A stretch of DNA of 64,000 nucleotides from Felis catus (taxonomy: Eukaryota). This document shows positions 1 through 14,089 of the stretch, in pieces. Made by a program: the position numbers and the translations under genes. The number at the start of each line of letters is the position of its first letter. Position 1 is the stretch's first letter. Location: the NCBI RefSeq assembly GCF_018350175.1, contig NC_058368.1:215824001-215888000 (forward strand), read 5' to 3'. A model generated the notes under the pieces. The model worked only from the letters and a program-made list of their open reading frames with translations, made no database searches and was not told where the DNA came from.

Positions 1-574
1 AGACTAGAAATATTACAAAGTCTATTTGAATTGATACTTTTGAGGAAAAAATACTTAAAAAGAGAAATGGAGTCTCTGTATTAATAAAACTTCTCTGGAA
101 GCTGTTGACAATAGAAGCCGTTGACAATTATCAGAAGGAACTGCGGTGTGACCACATCTGCTATACATTTCCAAATAAGGACAATGCATTTTAGAATAAA
201 TGTTTGACTAGTTAAAATACATAGAAGAGGCAAACATACCAGGAGGAATTTGAATGGCCTAAGAGCAATGGCTGATAAAATGAGACACAGTGGTACAAGG
301 GTAATTAAGAGGAGATGTTTTCATATTCTAAGCATATTTTTAAAAAAAACATCTATGATATAAAATGATAATTTCATACAGCCTGCAATTCGAGAGGTCA
401 GAACAAGCACCACAGAATACAAGGTCGGCATGAGGGTGAATTCAGTTTAATAAAACAAAGATTGGAACTCTTTATTTATGAGTCCAATAAACCGGCCTTT
501 CAGTAAAGTTTCTTCCCGTCTAAGTCAAAGTGGCTGGAGAAGTCCCTTCTACATCTAGAAACAGGCCAGACTAT

Positions 575-780
575 GGGCACCTGGGTGGCTCAGTTGGTTA
601 AGTGACTGACTCTCGATTTCGGCGCAGGTTGAGATCTCAGTGTTCGTAAGTTCGAGCCCTGTGTCTGGCTCTGCGTGGACAGTGCCTACTTGGGATCCTC
701 TCTCTCTCTTCCTCTCTGTGTCCCATCCCCGCTTACACACTCTGTCTCTCTCAAAATAAATAAGCATTAAAAAAAAAAAG
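575..780 (+). mobile_element. Can-SINE (tRNA-derived carnivore SINE)
   Basis: GGGCACCTGGGTGGCTCAGTTGGTTAAG head with A/B boxes, (CT)n region, AATAAA and A tail. Confidence 0.95.
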
Positions 781-2704
781 AAGTGGACCAAGTTAGAGTC
801 CCCAGGTCTAATATTGTATTGCCATCCATCACATATTTGCAATAGGAACAAAGAGGAATGCATAGACAGTAATGTAATGTTCCGTTCCGTGTAACATCAT
901 GTTTAGGAATTAGTGCAGTGTAGCAATATGTTCCCTGCAGCTTTAGATGAACAGATTTGAACTTTGAAAGATCAGGTTCCATTCTGAATAGGACCTTTAA
1001 CTAGGTTATTGCCTGGGAATCTCATTATTTAATTGTGTGTAGGAGTGTGGAGACAGGCTGCTGAGTGGGAATACGCTGCTGCTCAAGAAAAGAGAGCACA
1101 TAAAGATGTGACAGCTTGTGTAGTTTATCACAGTGTGTGGGTGAGGGTTACCATACTGGCATGAAAGCTGAAGTGAAATAAAATGATCATTTCCTTCAAT
1201 TAATAACTGAAATTCTGTGAGGTAATGCTCACTTGAAAGTGAGACATCATTAATTTAGACATAAGGTCAGTAAAAAGTAAGTCTTAATGCTGCATTTGCT
1301 GTTGCCTTCGAAAAGCACCACATCAGTTCAAAAGGCAAGAATCTCCTTGTCTAAGTCAGGATGTTTGCAAAGAGTTAACGGACTCTTCTCACTCCGTATT
1401 CCAAATTACTTTTGAAAGTAATATCCATATTGCACCTTGAAGGAAGGCCTAAGCAGTAAACTTTAACGGCTGCCTGAGTTGGCAATCATTTCATAGAGAC
1501 AAGACACTGCACTGGAAATTGCCCCTATAAATAAGATCCCTTACAGAAAAATTAAAATGGAATTCATATTATTGATGTTCACCAGCAGCCATAAGAAACA
1601 CAAGGGAACCAGGATGTGGTACTTGTTTCAAATCGCTCTCAGAAGCGCCTGAAGGACGCCCTCAAAGTCAGCTTTGATCAATGGTGATAAGTAGTTTGTC
1701 CGGCATTCAGAGTGGGCCGTAATGTATTTGGAAACCTTGAGGAATTTGCCTACCGAATAGAAATGATCCAGACATTAGCTGCCCCACAACAATTTTTTTT
1801 TCTGCCCTAGCTATGAATTCACAAATACCCAGATTTCCTGCAGATCGACTCTCTCATTCTTTCCTGCTAGTCCTCTACCTTCCCACTCCGGCTCTTATTC
1901 GTTTATTTCTGCATTCTAGTTTACTTTCAGGCCTTGAATTCCCCCAAAGATTTCTGAGGTTTGGACTGAAGGAAGAGAGACCTGTACTCCTGATCTCCCT
2001 ACTAGTTATACAACCCTCTTTGCTGGATGTAGATTTTGATGTGAGACCTGAGATATAAAACCACAATCTCTAGATTGTACTGTGTTCCTGTGAATCATGA
2101 CTGCTTGTTGTAATGGCCATTATTATAGTATATTAAGTTATTCACACTGAAAGGGAAATAGTCATGTAAGAATGTAAATGTTTAATCTATAAATCCAAGC
2201 AAAACAGAGAATATGAAGGGGAGACTCAGAAGGTGAGAACAAGGGCAGGGAAATGACAGCAAGAGTTAGACTGAGAGAGATATAGAAGGAGCAGAAAATA
2301 AATTGGAAAGACAAAGCAATTGGAAAAGGTAAGAAAACTAGAAATGCACAAACCTATAAAAAATTGTCTTCTGTGCCAGATATCAAATTTATACGGGGTA
2401 AATGTGAACTGAATAATAATAGCAACATAAAAAATAAAACATGTTAATAGAAACTCGTTTGATTATTTCAACAGAACTGAAAAATGGTTCCCTTTTCTAC
2501 AGTAAATAAGAAGATAATCATTAGAAAATGAAAATTGATATGAAATAGAACAAAGGCTACAGATACTAGAGTTCAGCTCAATTCTACCTCTTACCAAGTA
2601 TTGATCCTCTGAAGAAGGCTCACTATCAGTTCCTTTATCCATGGAAATCTAATTCCAGGGTAAATATATGAATTGCAGATACTGGGTATAAATTACTTAA
2701 GGCA

Positions 2705-3020
2705 GGCGCTCCTGGGTCGTTCAGTTGGTTAAGCATCCAACTCTTAATTTCTGCTCAGATCATGATCTCATGGTTCGTGAGTTCGAGCACCGTGTCAGGC
2801 TCCCTGCGGACAATGCAGACCCTGCTTGGGATTCTCTCTTTCTCCCTCTCTCTCTGCCCACCCCCACTTGCACTCTCTCTCTCTCTCTCCCTCTTTCTCT
2901 GCCCACCCTACTTGCACTCTCTCTCTCTCTCTCTCCCTCTCTCTCTGTCCACCCCTGCTTGCACTCTCTCTCTCTGTCGCTCTCTCTCTCAAAACAAGTA
3001 AACAAAATTTTATAACAAAA
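2705..3020 (+). mobile_element. Can-SINE with internally triplicated CT-rich segment
   Basis: SINE head at 2705; three copies of CTCTG(C/T)CCACCC..CTTGCACTCTCTCTCT; TSD ATAAATTACTTAA(G/T)GCA at 2688-2704 and 3021-3037. Confidence 0.95.
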
Positions 3021-6000
3021 ATAAATTACTTAATGCAATGTCTTCACATAGGATAATATCAATAACAGTTATAATTATTAATAATATGGTATTAATTCCA
3101 ATATATTATATTTTGTGACTCACTAAAAAAAGCAGAGCCTAGGACTTAAGACTATAATAGATTACATTTATGGCAGAAATGTAGTCTAATATTGAATTCA
3201 GAGATATTAGGTATATTCCTTTTGACAAGGTACATAATTTCTCTAGGATTCAGATACTTCTGTAATGTCGAAGTACATTCAGCTATAAATAAACACCAAC
3301 AGATTGTATAATATAGAATTGTACGATCAGTTGATTCTAAAACAAGGTAAGCCCCCAAGATTGTCAGTTATGTGGATAATGTATAAATTACTTTTCTTTT
3401 CTAAAAAAAAAACACAAACGAAACCAATGTTAAAACAAATAATGTGTAATACCTAGAATCATAAGCTCACCATGTATAGATTGTTCAAGTATATAAAGGT
3501 ATGAGCAAAGGCTACACAAGCAACAATATTTCATAACCTAATTATTTCTAGGTACATTCTGTTCCCTAGTTAGATGGATAGAATTGGATACAACACTTTT
3601 TAACTGTTCTCATCTGAGTCCACCTGCTTCTGTGAGTGTGTGTACATGTGGTGTGCATATGTTCTCAGCTGTTGACTTACTGGGGCAAGATGTCTTACAA
3701 ATGAACATATGGTCAACATATTGAATAAATTATTAAGCAAAACCTGGGCAGTATATGTCAGTAGATCGCATACAAAAGTGGAGCAACACTGTCTAAGTGT
3801 CTTTGTTAGGTCAACATGAGAAGGGCCAGGATAAGTATTAATAGAATAACTGAATAATCAGTACATTTTTTTTTACTTTTCTGTTATCAAGAAGCATAGA
3901 GTGAAAAAGGCAAAACTAATTGTGTCAGTTCAAGTAGGGAGGTAGAGAAGATAGAGAAGGATGTCCCTCTTCCTTTTCTTGGCAACAATTGCATTTAATG
4001 TCCTAGCAATGCCAATCATTTGCGATATTTCTAAAAGAAGTAACTTCCCATAAATCTACTTCTTTCTTCTTTAGAAGTCTATAATTTTTGTTCTTTTAAT
4101 TATGAGATGACTCTTATTTCTCATACTTAGTCACAGTGTAATGTAGTGTGAAGGCTGTAAAATATTTCCTGTTTGGTCACTGTATATCATTAAGAAGTTT
4201 TCTCTGAAAGAGCCTTTAGTGTGTTTAATTGTATCAACTTACCCCCAGTTAAAAATCAAATATGACATGGGAGTAATATATTTTTTTCAATGACCAAAAC
4301 CCCAGAAAGATCATTTCACTATCAAAAAAATCTGAATAATTATCTGAAGTCCACATCAGCCTGAGGCAGAATTCATATGCTCTAACAGGTCTAATGATAA
4401 GGCTGTTCAGACTCCTATCAGATAAACAATATGTATTGATCTGTTTGGGATCGAAAAGACTGAAGAAAAAGTTTAAAACAAAGCTTGACTCTGTTTGTGT
4501 GAGTGTTTACATATGTGTGTTTACACACACACACACACGCATGCACACACCTCGTTCTAATGCCATTTGGGTAACACCTCAAATTCTGTATGGTCTTAGG
4601 AATTTTGAATTGTAACCAGCAATTATGTACCATATCCAACGTCCACCAAAAAATCCATTTCTGTAACAATTCCAAGATAATTTGTGAAATTAGGCTTGGC
4701 TCTCGAGGACAGAATCAATCCTGTGTCCTCACCATCCAAGTCAGACAAGTTTGAATGTGATGAAGAGCAGTGTGCCAGGTGAGGACAAGTAGAAATGGGC
4801 CTTCAGATGGAGCAGTGACACTGTCCACATACCCTTGAAGTGAAGACGAAAGGCATGTTTCGGAGACTGTGAGAAATTGCATGCGCTTAGATGCAGCATT
4901 TCACAAAATATTTCTCTAATAATGTTCACACTGACTATTGATACAAACTATGATTTGAGTAAAAATCATACAGTCAAATACCTTTAGAAAACATTTAGTT
5001 CAAAGCATTCAGATTTCTTTACTGAAAAACTTTCCAGAGTTTATGTACCAGTATTTAGCCTGCATTTCCAGAGGAATGTAAAAATCAGAATTTTCCAAAC
5101 TTATCTAAACAAAATAATGATTTTAAAAGAGCATGCTGATTTTCGATGGTTATACAATTTGGAGAACGGATGGGTAAGAACAAAGAAAATCAGTGGCCGA
5201 AGTTTGAAAGCCAAGGCTGGAGACAGGTGTAGTGGTAAGCTTACAAAAGCTCTCGCTTAATATGGCAAGGAATTTGGGTTCTAACCTTTTGACAGTTTTA
5301 TCATGTAGGAATGAGGTTAGCTGCATGTAACAGAAAACCTAACAAAAGATAAAGCAAACATACACATTTTTCTGATGAAACTAGAAGTTCAGAATTATAC
5401 AAGTTTTTGTATGTATATGAATATATGTGCATATTTATAAATACATTGTCTATTACATATGGTGAATGATATATTTATTATACTTTACATTTTGCATTAT
5501 TTATTGTACAACACACATTACATGTTATATATTATACATTATTTATTATTATATACTTAGCCCTTTTAACATTTTGTCTGGTAAATTCTTAGTTAAATAC
5601 ACATAATACAGGTGACAGTGTTTTCAACTTTCCATTACTAGGTAACAGCAACTGAAATGAATTTCTATTTCCTCCATATTATTTTATTAGATCATTCCAG
5701 CTCAGAATCAGTAGAAAGAAAACCACATAAGATTATGAATATCAAGAGGTTTAATTCACTGAGGATCCATCTTTGGAGAAGAGTTATGTGATGTCTTCTG
5801 GAGGCATTGAATACTATGCACACAAGATGGGCAAGGTTGAAACAAATAGTGAGAAAACTTGCTTTTCCATACAACAATATAGAGATCAAAGCAGATAAAT
5901 TTGAAACAGCAAAAGGAAACCTGAAGAGCTTTCAACAAATGTTGCTTGTGTCTAGACTTTACATTGTGAAAGTCGAAAATAGAGCATCAATGAGTTCAGA

Positions 6001-6258
6001 CTGCTACTATAATTTCATCACTATCATTTTTAAAATATAAATTGGGAATAGCTACATTTGTTGCATCTATTAAAAATTAATATACAAATGGCACATTCTA
6101 ATGATGCTTATAATGGAAAAAATAAAGACATTTAACAATATAATTAGTATGTTTCCAGAATATTTCCTAAAGACTATGAAATCTGAAAAACATATATAAT
6201 ATTGAGACTATGTGAGAAGAGACAGCTTTAAAAATGTTCTCTATATAAATGCGCGTGG

Positions 6259-7634
6259 TAGAAATGGACCCACAAAAGTACGGGCAACTAATCTTTGACA
6301 AAGAAGGAAAGAATATCCAATGGAATAAACACAGTCTCTTCAGCAAGTGGTGCTGGGAAAACTGGACAGCGACATGCAGAAGAATGAACCTGGACCACTT
6401 TCTTACATCATACACAAAAATAAACTCAAAGTGGATGAAAGACCTCAATGTAAGACAGGAAGCCATCAAAATCCTTGAGGAGAAAGCAGGCAAAAACCTC
6501 TTTGATCTTTTCCGTAGCATCTTCTTACTCAACACGTCTCCGGAGGCAAGGGAAACAAAAGCAAAATGAACTACTGGGACCTCATCAAAATAAAAAGCTT
6601 CTGCACAACAAAGGAAACAATCAGCAAAACTAAAACGCAACCGACAGAATGGAGAAGATATTTGCAAACGACATATCAGATAAAACGTTAATATCCAAAA
6701 TCAATAAAGAACTTATCAAAGTCAACACCCAAAACACAAATAATCCAGTGAAGAAATGGGCAAAAGACATGAATAGACACTTCTCCAAGGAAGACATCCG
6801 GATGGCCAACCAACACATGAAAAAATGCTCAACATCACTCATCATCAGGGAAATACAAACCAAAACTGCAATGAGATATCTTACATCTGTCAGAATGGCT
6901 AACATTAACAACTCAGGCAACAACAGATGTTGGTGAGGATGTAGAGAAAGAGGATCTCTGTGCATTGTTGGTGGGAATACAGGCTGGTGCAGCCACCCTG
7001 GAAAACAGTATGGAGGTTCCTCAAAAAACTAAAAATAGAACTACCCTATGAGGCAGAAATTGCACTACTAGGCATTTATCCATGGGATACATGTGTGCTG
7101 TTTCGAAGGGACACATGCACCCCAGTGTTTATAGCAGCACTATCAACAATGGCCAAAGTATGGAAAGAGCCCAAATGTCCATCGATGGATGAATAAAGAA
7201 AATGTGGTATATATACACAATGGAGTATTACTCGGCAATTAAAAAAAATGAAGTCTTGCCATTTGCAACTACATGGATGGAACATGGGTATTATGTTAAG
7301 TGAAATTAGTCAGAGAAAGATAAAAATCATATGACTTCACTCATATGAAGACTTCAAGAGACAAAACAGATGAACATAAGGGAAGGGAAACAAAAATAAT
7401 ATAAAAACATGGAGGGGGACAAAACAGGACTCATAAATATGAAGAACAATCTGAGGGTGGCTGGAGGGGTTGTGGGAGGGGGGATGGGCTAAATGGGTAA
7501 GGGGCATTAAGGAATCTACTCCTGAAATTATTTTTTCACTATATGCTAACTAATTTGGATGTAAATTTTTTAAAAATTAAAAAAAAATTAAATAAATAAA
7601 TAAATAAATAAATAATGAAAATAAAAATAAAAAT
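6259..7634 (+). mobile_element. 5'-truncated feline-type LINE-1 (ORF2 C-terminus, 3'UTR, A-rich tail)
   Basis: Frameshifted ORF2 peptides ([51 protein letters not shown]); G-rich 3'UTR; (TAAA)n tail; TSD about 6248-6258 / 7635-7645. Confidence 0.97.
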
Positions 7635-8679
7635 AATGTGCATGGCTTGCTTACATAACCTTTAAATAATTTTTTTGACTGAAACTCAGTTTCCACATTT
7701 ACAAAACCATAGTATTGACCATTAGAAATACAAATGAATTACTGGTGTGTTATAGATACATTACTTGAAACTTTTATTTTGAACGTTTGCATTAAAATTA
7801 TTCACATACAATTTTATAGTATTTAATTTCCTCCTTATTCTCATGTTTTATCTATCTCCAAATTGTAAGCATTTGAAAGAATGAATCTATTGTCTGCTTA
7901 TAAGTACCATGGTAAGGTTTTGAATAGTCCTAATACTAGTAAATAGAGATAGGATTATTGGTCAGATTATTATCCAGATTTAACTCAGGAAAGGCTTTGC
8001 TTTTTAAAATCTCTTCTTTCTGCAATTCCTATTGTGAATGTTAGATGACTGATGCTTATTTTCTAAGTCCCCTTTTTTTTTATAATATAATAATTTGATT
8101 TTCCTCTGTATGGTACTTTCATCCTGCACTTCACCATTATTATTGCCTGTTAATCAAACAGGATTTCCTTCAGAAATGGGCACACTGTGTGTATTTTTCA
8201 TGGACTTATTCACCGATTCTAAATTTATAATGTGATAGTCTTATATTTTATTTCACAGTTTTTAAGATGGTAAGTAAACTTGCAAGCACAATCTGTAGAG
8301 GGTATCCTGCAAAATTTACTTTATTTTAGACTTATTCTTGTGCTTGATAAAGTTACATTCACATAAGAAATTAAAGCAGAGATAAATGACATACAACCGC
8401 TGAAGTACACACAGACAGATATATAGTGACACTTCATAATTTGTTTTAAATGGAGTTTTTTCAGTGTTTCTAAAGGAATCATTAAGTGGTAGCCCTGTAT
8501 ACCAAATTTATGGTGAAGATGCTTTGGGGGTAGGAATCTTTGTATAATATTTAATATTTGTGATCTATAAAAAAGGGGCTAACATATAAATTATTACTGA
8601 TTAATTATATGAACAATTTTCAAGACTGTATTATTTCCATCCCATTTTTCTCTTACATTTCTGAAATTTAGAATACATG

Positions 8680-9060
8680 CATTATTCAGTTCTTTGTTAC
8701 AATAATCTATGCATCAAGCTGTGCCAAATCTTATTGTTATATAACAGTCAGCACTTCTTTACATCGTATTTCTGTCTGGTTCTACTTCACTTTTCTTTAA
8801 GTCTTTCCTATTGGATCAGTGCGATAGTTTGGAGACACCGTTTTCATGGAGATGGCAGAATTGCAAGAGAACAAACAGAAACTATGTACTGCCTCTTATA
8901 CATTGGTTCAGAAGTAGCAGTTCTCAATTTCACCTTATCCAATTGGCCAAAGCAAGTCACACGGCAAAACCAAAATTCAAAGGGTCGGGAAATATTCATT
9001 CCCACACACCTCTTTAGTGGAAGGAACTGACAAATCATGAATCAGTGGGCAGGAACCCAG
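8680..9060. mobile_element. Ancient MaLR (MLT1-like) LTR remnant
   Basis: Motif TTGGCCAAAGCAAGTCACACGGCAAAACCAAAATTCAAAGGG resembles recalled MLT1 consensus. Confidence 0.6.
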
Positions 9061-11720
9061 AGAACGGTGAGCAACCAGGACCACTAATATGATCAACCAG
9101 AGGATTAGTCTCTGGAAATCTGTATCATAAATATATTAAGACATTTGTGTTTTCATAGAAAGAAAAATATATTTTGCATGGTACAAGCTAGGTCTCTTAA
9201 AATAGAGCCGATTCTTCAATTCGTTAAAATATTGATGTTATTTAAACTGATAATCTTCCGTTTTCAAGAGTTCAATAGGAAGCAGTTTTAGTATTTGTTT
9301 TGCAGCTGAACAATTTTAACTAGGCAAAATTTGTATGAATTTTAATTTTAAGCCTGATATTTCATAGTAATTTTCAGAAATGTGTAAGTTGCTTAAGCAA
9401 ATATCGAAAATTAGTAAGGAAGGAGTAAATACTTAAATTGATCATTACAATGTAAGTTGATAAATACAGCACTTCTGCTCTGGAGGAAAATTAATAATGG
9501 ATTTAAATTACTAACAAAAATGTTTATTTCACTACATGGTTTTAATAAAACTTAAATTGCTTTTACATCATTAGTATTAAGGTTTTACTACAGAAAGTAA
9601 TGCAGTTTACATACTTTATGTCAAAACTGTTGAGAATCTTAGGAACTTAACTCATTTCAATCTGCTTGAATATAGTTTTACTTACCAATGTGATCAGGGT
9701 AGCCAATAACTTTGGTCCTTCTTTCAATCACAATCTATAGTAAAGTAAGTTATATCAAGATTACCAGGTGGGGTTATAGATAAAACAACATTGCCTGAGG
9801 GAAAAGTGCCACCTCTCACTTATTTTATAAATAATTTTCCTTTATATGTGATACTTTCATACTTAGCAATTCCCAATTAATCATAGCCAGAAATAACATT
9901 ACGTTTTCAAAATCCCAGAATGTGGAATCTTCTGGAGTTATTTTGTTATTGTCTCAATCACTCACCTTGCAAAATTGTCACTCCATACACATGACGTGAG
10001 ACAAGCTATCTCAGCAAGGACTTTGGACGTTATTAAGGAATACTGCCATCCACAGCACTTCTTCACTTTTTTTCTTTCTCCCTCTCCCTCCCTCTCTCTC
10101 ATTTTTCTCCCCTCAAGAGTAGAATCACTAGCTTAAGACATTCAGGGGTGAACTACTTTTATGCTCTGACTTTGCTCTGAAAATGACTTAAGGCAGCACT
10201 ACTTGAAATACACTTTGATTTGCTTCAGTGAATGAGAGGAAAGGTCAAGGAGTTGTTCCACAACTAGCTGGCCACCCAGAAATATGTTTACTTCAGACTC
10301 AAGATTTTCAGGTTGTTCAGCACTCATACAAACTCTAAATAACATGCACAAAGAAAACAAAGCTCTGAGGACTACTGCATGGTACAGAACGGCTTAATGA
10401 CCTCTCAACAGACTCCTAAAAACACAGATGTGTGAGTCGTGATTTAGACTCAAACCATATGAAGAACAGAAAATAATATCAAAGAGAGATTTAGAGCATG
10501 CATTTTCCCCAGGGTTAGTGATCCAATTACCATTAGAGCTATGTGGAAAGGGACTTTCACTTATCTCTAGACAGTATAATTTGAAATGCCCATTTCAGTT
10601 CACTTCATCACATTTATAATATTTTGGAAGCATTGCCTTGTTTATGATCTCTCATGTGACGACATTCAGGATAACACAAAAAGGTTGAAAGCGTAAAAAT
10701 ACAATGCCACATATTCGCTAAAACTGAAAGACAAAGCAACATAGAAAGGCTTATTCTATTAATTTTGCTCTTGCCTATATCCTTATGTCTTGCCAGTATT
10801 TATAGGGTGCAGATTATTCTAAGCTACGCTGTGTGTGGCATATGTCGTAAATCACCCTCACAGCCTCCACTCAGGTAAATGTGACTACCTTTGTAGCTAG
10901 GTGGAACTGGAAAGGATTTTGATGTAAAAGGTGACACATAAGAGCAAACTCTCATGATAAAACTAAGGATCTACTCTTTCTCTTCAATTAGTATAAACCA
11001 AATTTCAATAAAACTGAGAAGAAAGGTTCCAACCAGTTCCAACATTAAGAAGTTTACACATATTTACAAACTGCGATGTTTACACCAATCTTTCCTTCCT
11101 ACGTTGACACATTTCTGTATCATAGATTAAGTTTCTCTGCTTACAAGTGAATTATTCTGAGAATGCTAGACTTCAAGGCCATATTTTTATGATGGGCACA
11201 CTGTTTTCCATTTGAAATGAATTAAGTTGATATGCTTTGTAATCTTGTTTTTGGCATTGGCCACATCACTGTATTGATTGTACCAAGTTCTACTGACCAA
11301 TATGGAGAGAGGTAGAGAATGTTTAATAATTCAGTGAGAAAACTAAGATATATTTATAACAAATCAAATAGAGCACTGTAATGTTTCCGTTTCTTCAAGT
11401 GAAATATTTTATATTAAGCTAAAATTCAAATGAAGAAAACTAATTAACATTTGTCTTTGCTTTCCCAAAATGACTCCCTTCTTTAATTATATGTATAATA
11501 ATATCATAGCCTGGAGTAGGCAGAGGTGGTTTAGATGGAAAATACACTCTGTAAAATAACTTTTAAGCATATTTTGGAAATATGCATAAATATCATGTTG
11601 AAATTATGGAAAAAAGGTTAGGTGGTCATTCCAGTATCAGATAGATCAACTACACAAAAGTAGTGAGTCCTCTATTCTCTGTAAGTGGTTATTCTTCACC
11701 TCACATTTAACTAGGATTCC

Positions 11721-11903
11721 TTGTTTTTTGAGAGAGAGAGTGAGTGGGGGTGGAAGGCAGAGAGAGAGGGAGAGAGAATCCCAAGCAAGCTCTACAGGAT
11801 GAACACAGAGCCTGATGCAAGGCTGATCCAACAAAACATGAGATCATGACCAAATCTGATATCACGAGTCATATGCTCAACCTACTGAGCCACCCAGGTG
11901 CCC
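11721..11903 (-). mobile_element. Can-SINE
   Basis: Ends in CTGAGCCACCCAGGTGCCC (reverse-complement head); GA-rich body; flanking CTAGGATT repeats. Confidence 0.93.
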
Positions 11904-11977
11904 TGCTAGGATTTCAGTTTTAATTTTTTTCTCTTCTCCCACTATTTTCTCTCTCTCTGAACAAGTACTTTCACTGT

Positions 11978-11980
<3 letters not shown>

Positions 11981-12053
<73 letters not shown>
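11981..12053. repeat. Compound microsatellite (CT)n(CA)n
   Basis: Directly visible. Confidence 0.97.
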
Positions 12054-12056
<3 letters not shown>

Positions 12057-12699
12057 ACAAGATATTTTTTCTTTAAAGATCCATAGTCACCTAAAACACA
12101 ACATCCTACTGATGTTATCCTACTGATAGGTTGATGATACTATTTATGAGTCCAGAACCCACATATTCTTTTCATACCTTTAGTATATTGGCAAATGACT
12201 CTTTCTGTCCTATGCTTGCAAATTATTTGAATTCCATCTTGTAAATATATTTTGAATTAGCACAGATTTTCTCCCTCTGTACTGTCAACACCAAGGGTAT
12301 AGCTTGGATTACTACTATCGTCTTTTAAATATTTTCTGACACAAATTATCATAAAATCTCAAACTGTATACCAACATAAGTGACTTTTCATTGTAAATCT
12401 TAATAATGTACAATGCTACGTCACGTACACGAGAAAAGGAAGACAGCATTCATTAGCCTACATTTTACATTTCTGTAGGGAGGAGACATCCATTTTGAAG
12501 GAAACTATAGATGCCCCTTTTCACTCATTCTCTCTCTTCCATTCTAAATTCTTGAGTTTTGAAAATTAATTTTTTTCTTTCCTCTTCCAAATCTCTGTAG
12601 GAAAGGGTCATAGGTCACAAGTAGCCCAATATCCTCTCTCTTTCTTTCTCATAAATGCTTTCCTTAATACTGTTAGTGTTTTTCCCTCTGCTCTGTCTA

Positions 12700-13060
12700 T
12701 ATTTTCATTTAGAGTAATTAAATTTGCTGTAACAGATAAATGCAAAAATCTCATACAGACCTAAACTTTTGTGACTCATTGGGGAAATATCCATAAATCA
12801 AAGAACGGAACTTCTATTTTATGGCTCTTATACTTCAATACATTATCCTTAAGATCACCAGGAAAGGGATCAAGAGTGAGGGAATGTACATGGGAAGATT
12901 TAATGGGCTAGGCTTATAGGCCTTTGACTTCACTTATTTTCACATTTTCTTGGCCAAAACCCAGTCATGTGGCCATGTCTAACTGCAAAGAAAGCTGAAA
13001 AATATATTTCGAATGTATGCTGGTCTGTATGACCAACAAGAGGAAGAAACACACCTTGTA
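12700..13060. mobile_element. Ancient MaLR (MLT1-like) LTR remnant
   Basis: TTGGCCAAAACCCAGTCATGTGGCCATGTCTAACTGCAAAG motif; GCTGTAACAGATAA start. Confidence 0.55.
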
Positions 13061-13188
13061 AATAGCTTGTTAAGCGAAATTGTTAGTGCCGGGGCTGTCT
13101 TAGGAAGTGGTGGTTTGAAAATAGTAAACTTTCCTGTCTTAGGTCAGGTAAGCAAATCCAGCTCATTGCACAAGGAGTAAGAAAACCC

Positions 13189-13355
13189 TTTTTTTTTCAA
13201 TGTATTTATTTGTTTATTGAGAGATAGTGTGTGCATGTGTGCTTGAACGTAAGTGAGCGGAGGAGGGGCAGAGAGAGAAGGAGGGAGACAGAATTCCACA
13301 CAAGCTCCACACAGTCAGCATAGACACTTAACTGACTGAGGCACCCAGGAACCCC
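13189..13355 (-). mobile_element. Can-SINE with internal deletion
   Basis: T tail, GA body, head ..GGCACCCAGGAACCCC; B-box segment absent. Confidence 0.88.
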
Positions 13356-13481
13356 AAGAAAGCACTTTAGCTTCATATTCAGATCGGTTACTCCACTTCA
13401 ATAAAGCTGATAACATTCTTCAGTATGTTTCCCAATTGTTTTAGAAGTAAGTGGTCTCCTTAATTCTAATATGTATGTAAA

Positions 13482-13671
13482 TTTTTTGAGGTTTATCTAT
13501 TTTGAGAGAGAGAGAAAGCGGGGGAGGGGAAGAGAGAGAGGAAGAGAGAGAATTTCAAGCAGGCTCCCCACCGTCAGTGCAGAGCCTGATGCAGGGCTCA
13601 AACTCACAAACTATGAGATCATGACCTGAACCGAAGTCAGGTGCTTAAACATCTGAGCCCTCCAGGTGCCC
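13482..13671 (-). mobile_element. Can-SINE
   Basis: GAGATCATGACCTGA..CCAGGTGCCC motifs. Confidence 0.93.
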
Positions 13672-14089
13672 ATATGTCAATGTTTTAAATGGCTAATAAG
13701 TCTTGCTTCCATCTCCTGCTTTATTTTTCTGTGCACACTCTCCCTTGGAAAAAGTAATTCCTACTTCCTTTGCTACATGACTTATACTCCAAATATGCTA
13801 AGATTATTCCTGCCGTAGCCACCACTATACCTTTGAGTACTTTCCAGGGCAGGAATTATTATCCATCCCCATTCTTCCTAACATCAGCTTATCTCTCAAG
13901 TTTCTATTCAGACATACTTTGCCTCCGTAAACCTTGTCTTCTGATACTCAAAGTTAGATGTGCTACTTAGTACTCCAGAACTCCCTATTAGAACATGTAC
14001 CATAACGTCTTATAATTACCAGCTTACTTGCCTATCATTCCTAACAGATCTTAGCATGCAGATCTTGCTTGGTACTGAATTTCTAGTAC

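Noticed and set aside
575..660. tRNA-like A/B-box sequences at SINE heads throughout the window
   Set aside because: These are tRNA-derived SINE heads, not tRNA genes.
6167..7285. Cluster of 69-166 aa ORFs on both strands
   Set aside because: Sense and antisense frames of a frameshifted L1 ORF2 remnant, not a gene.
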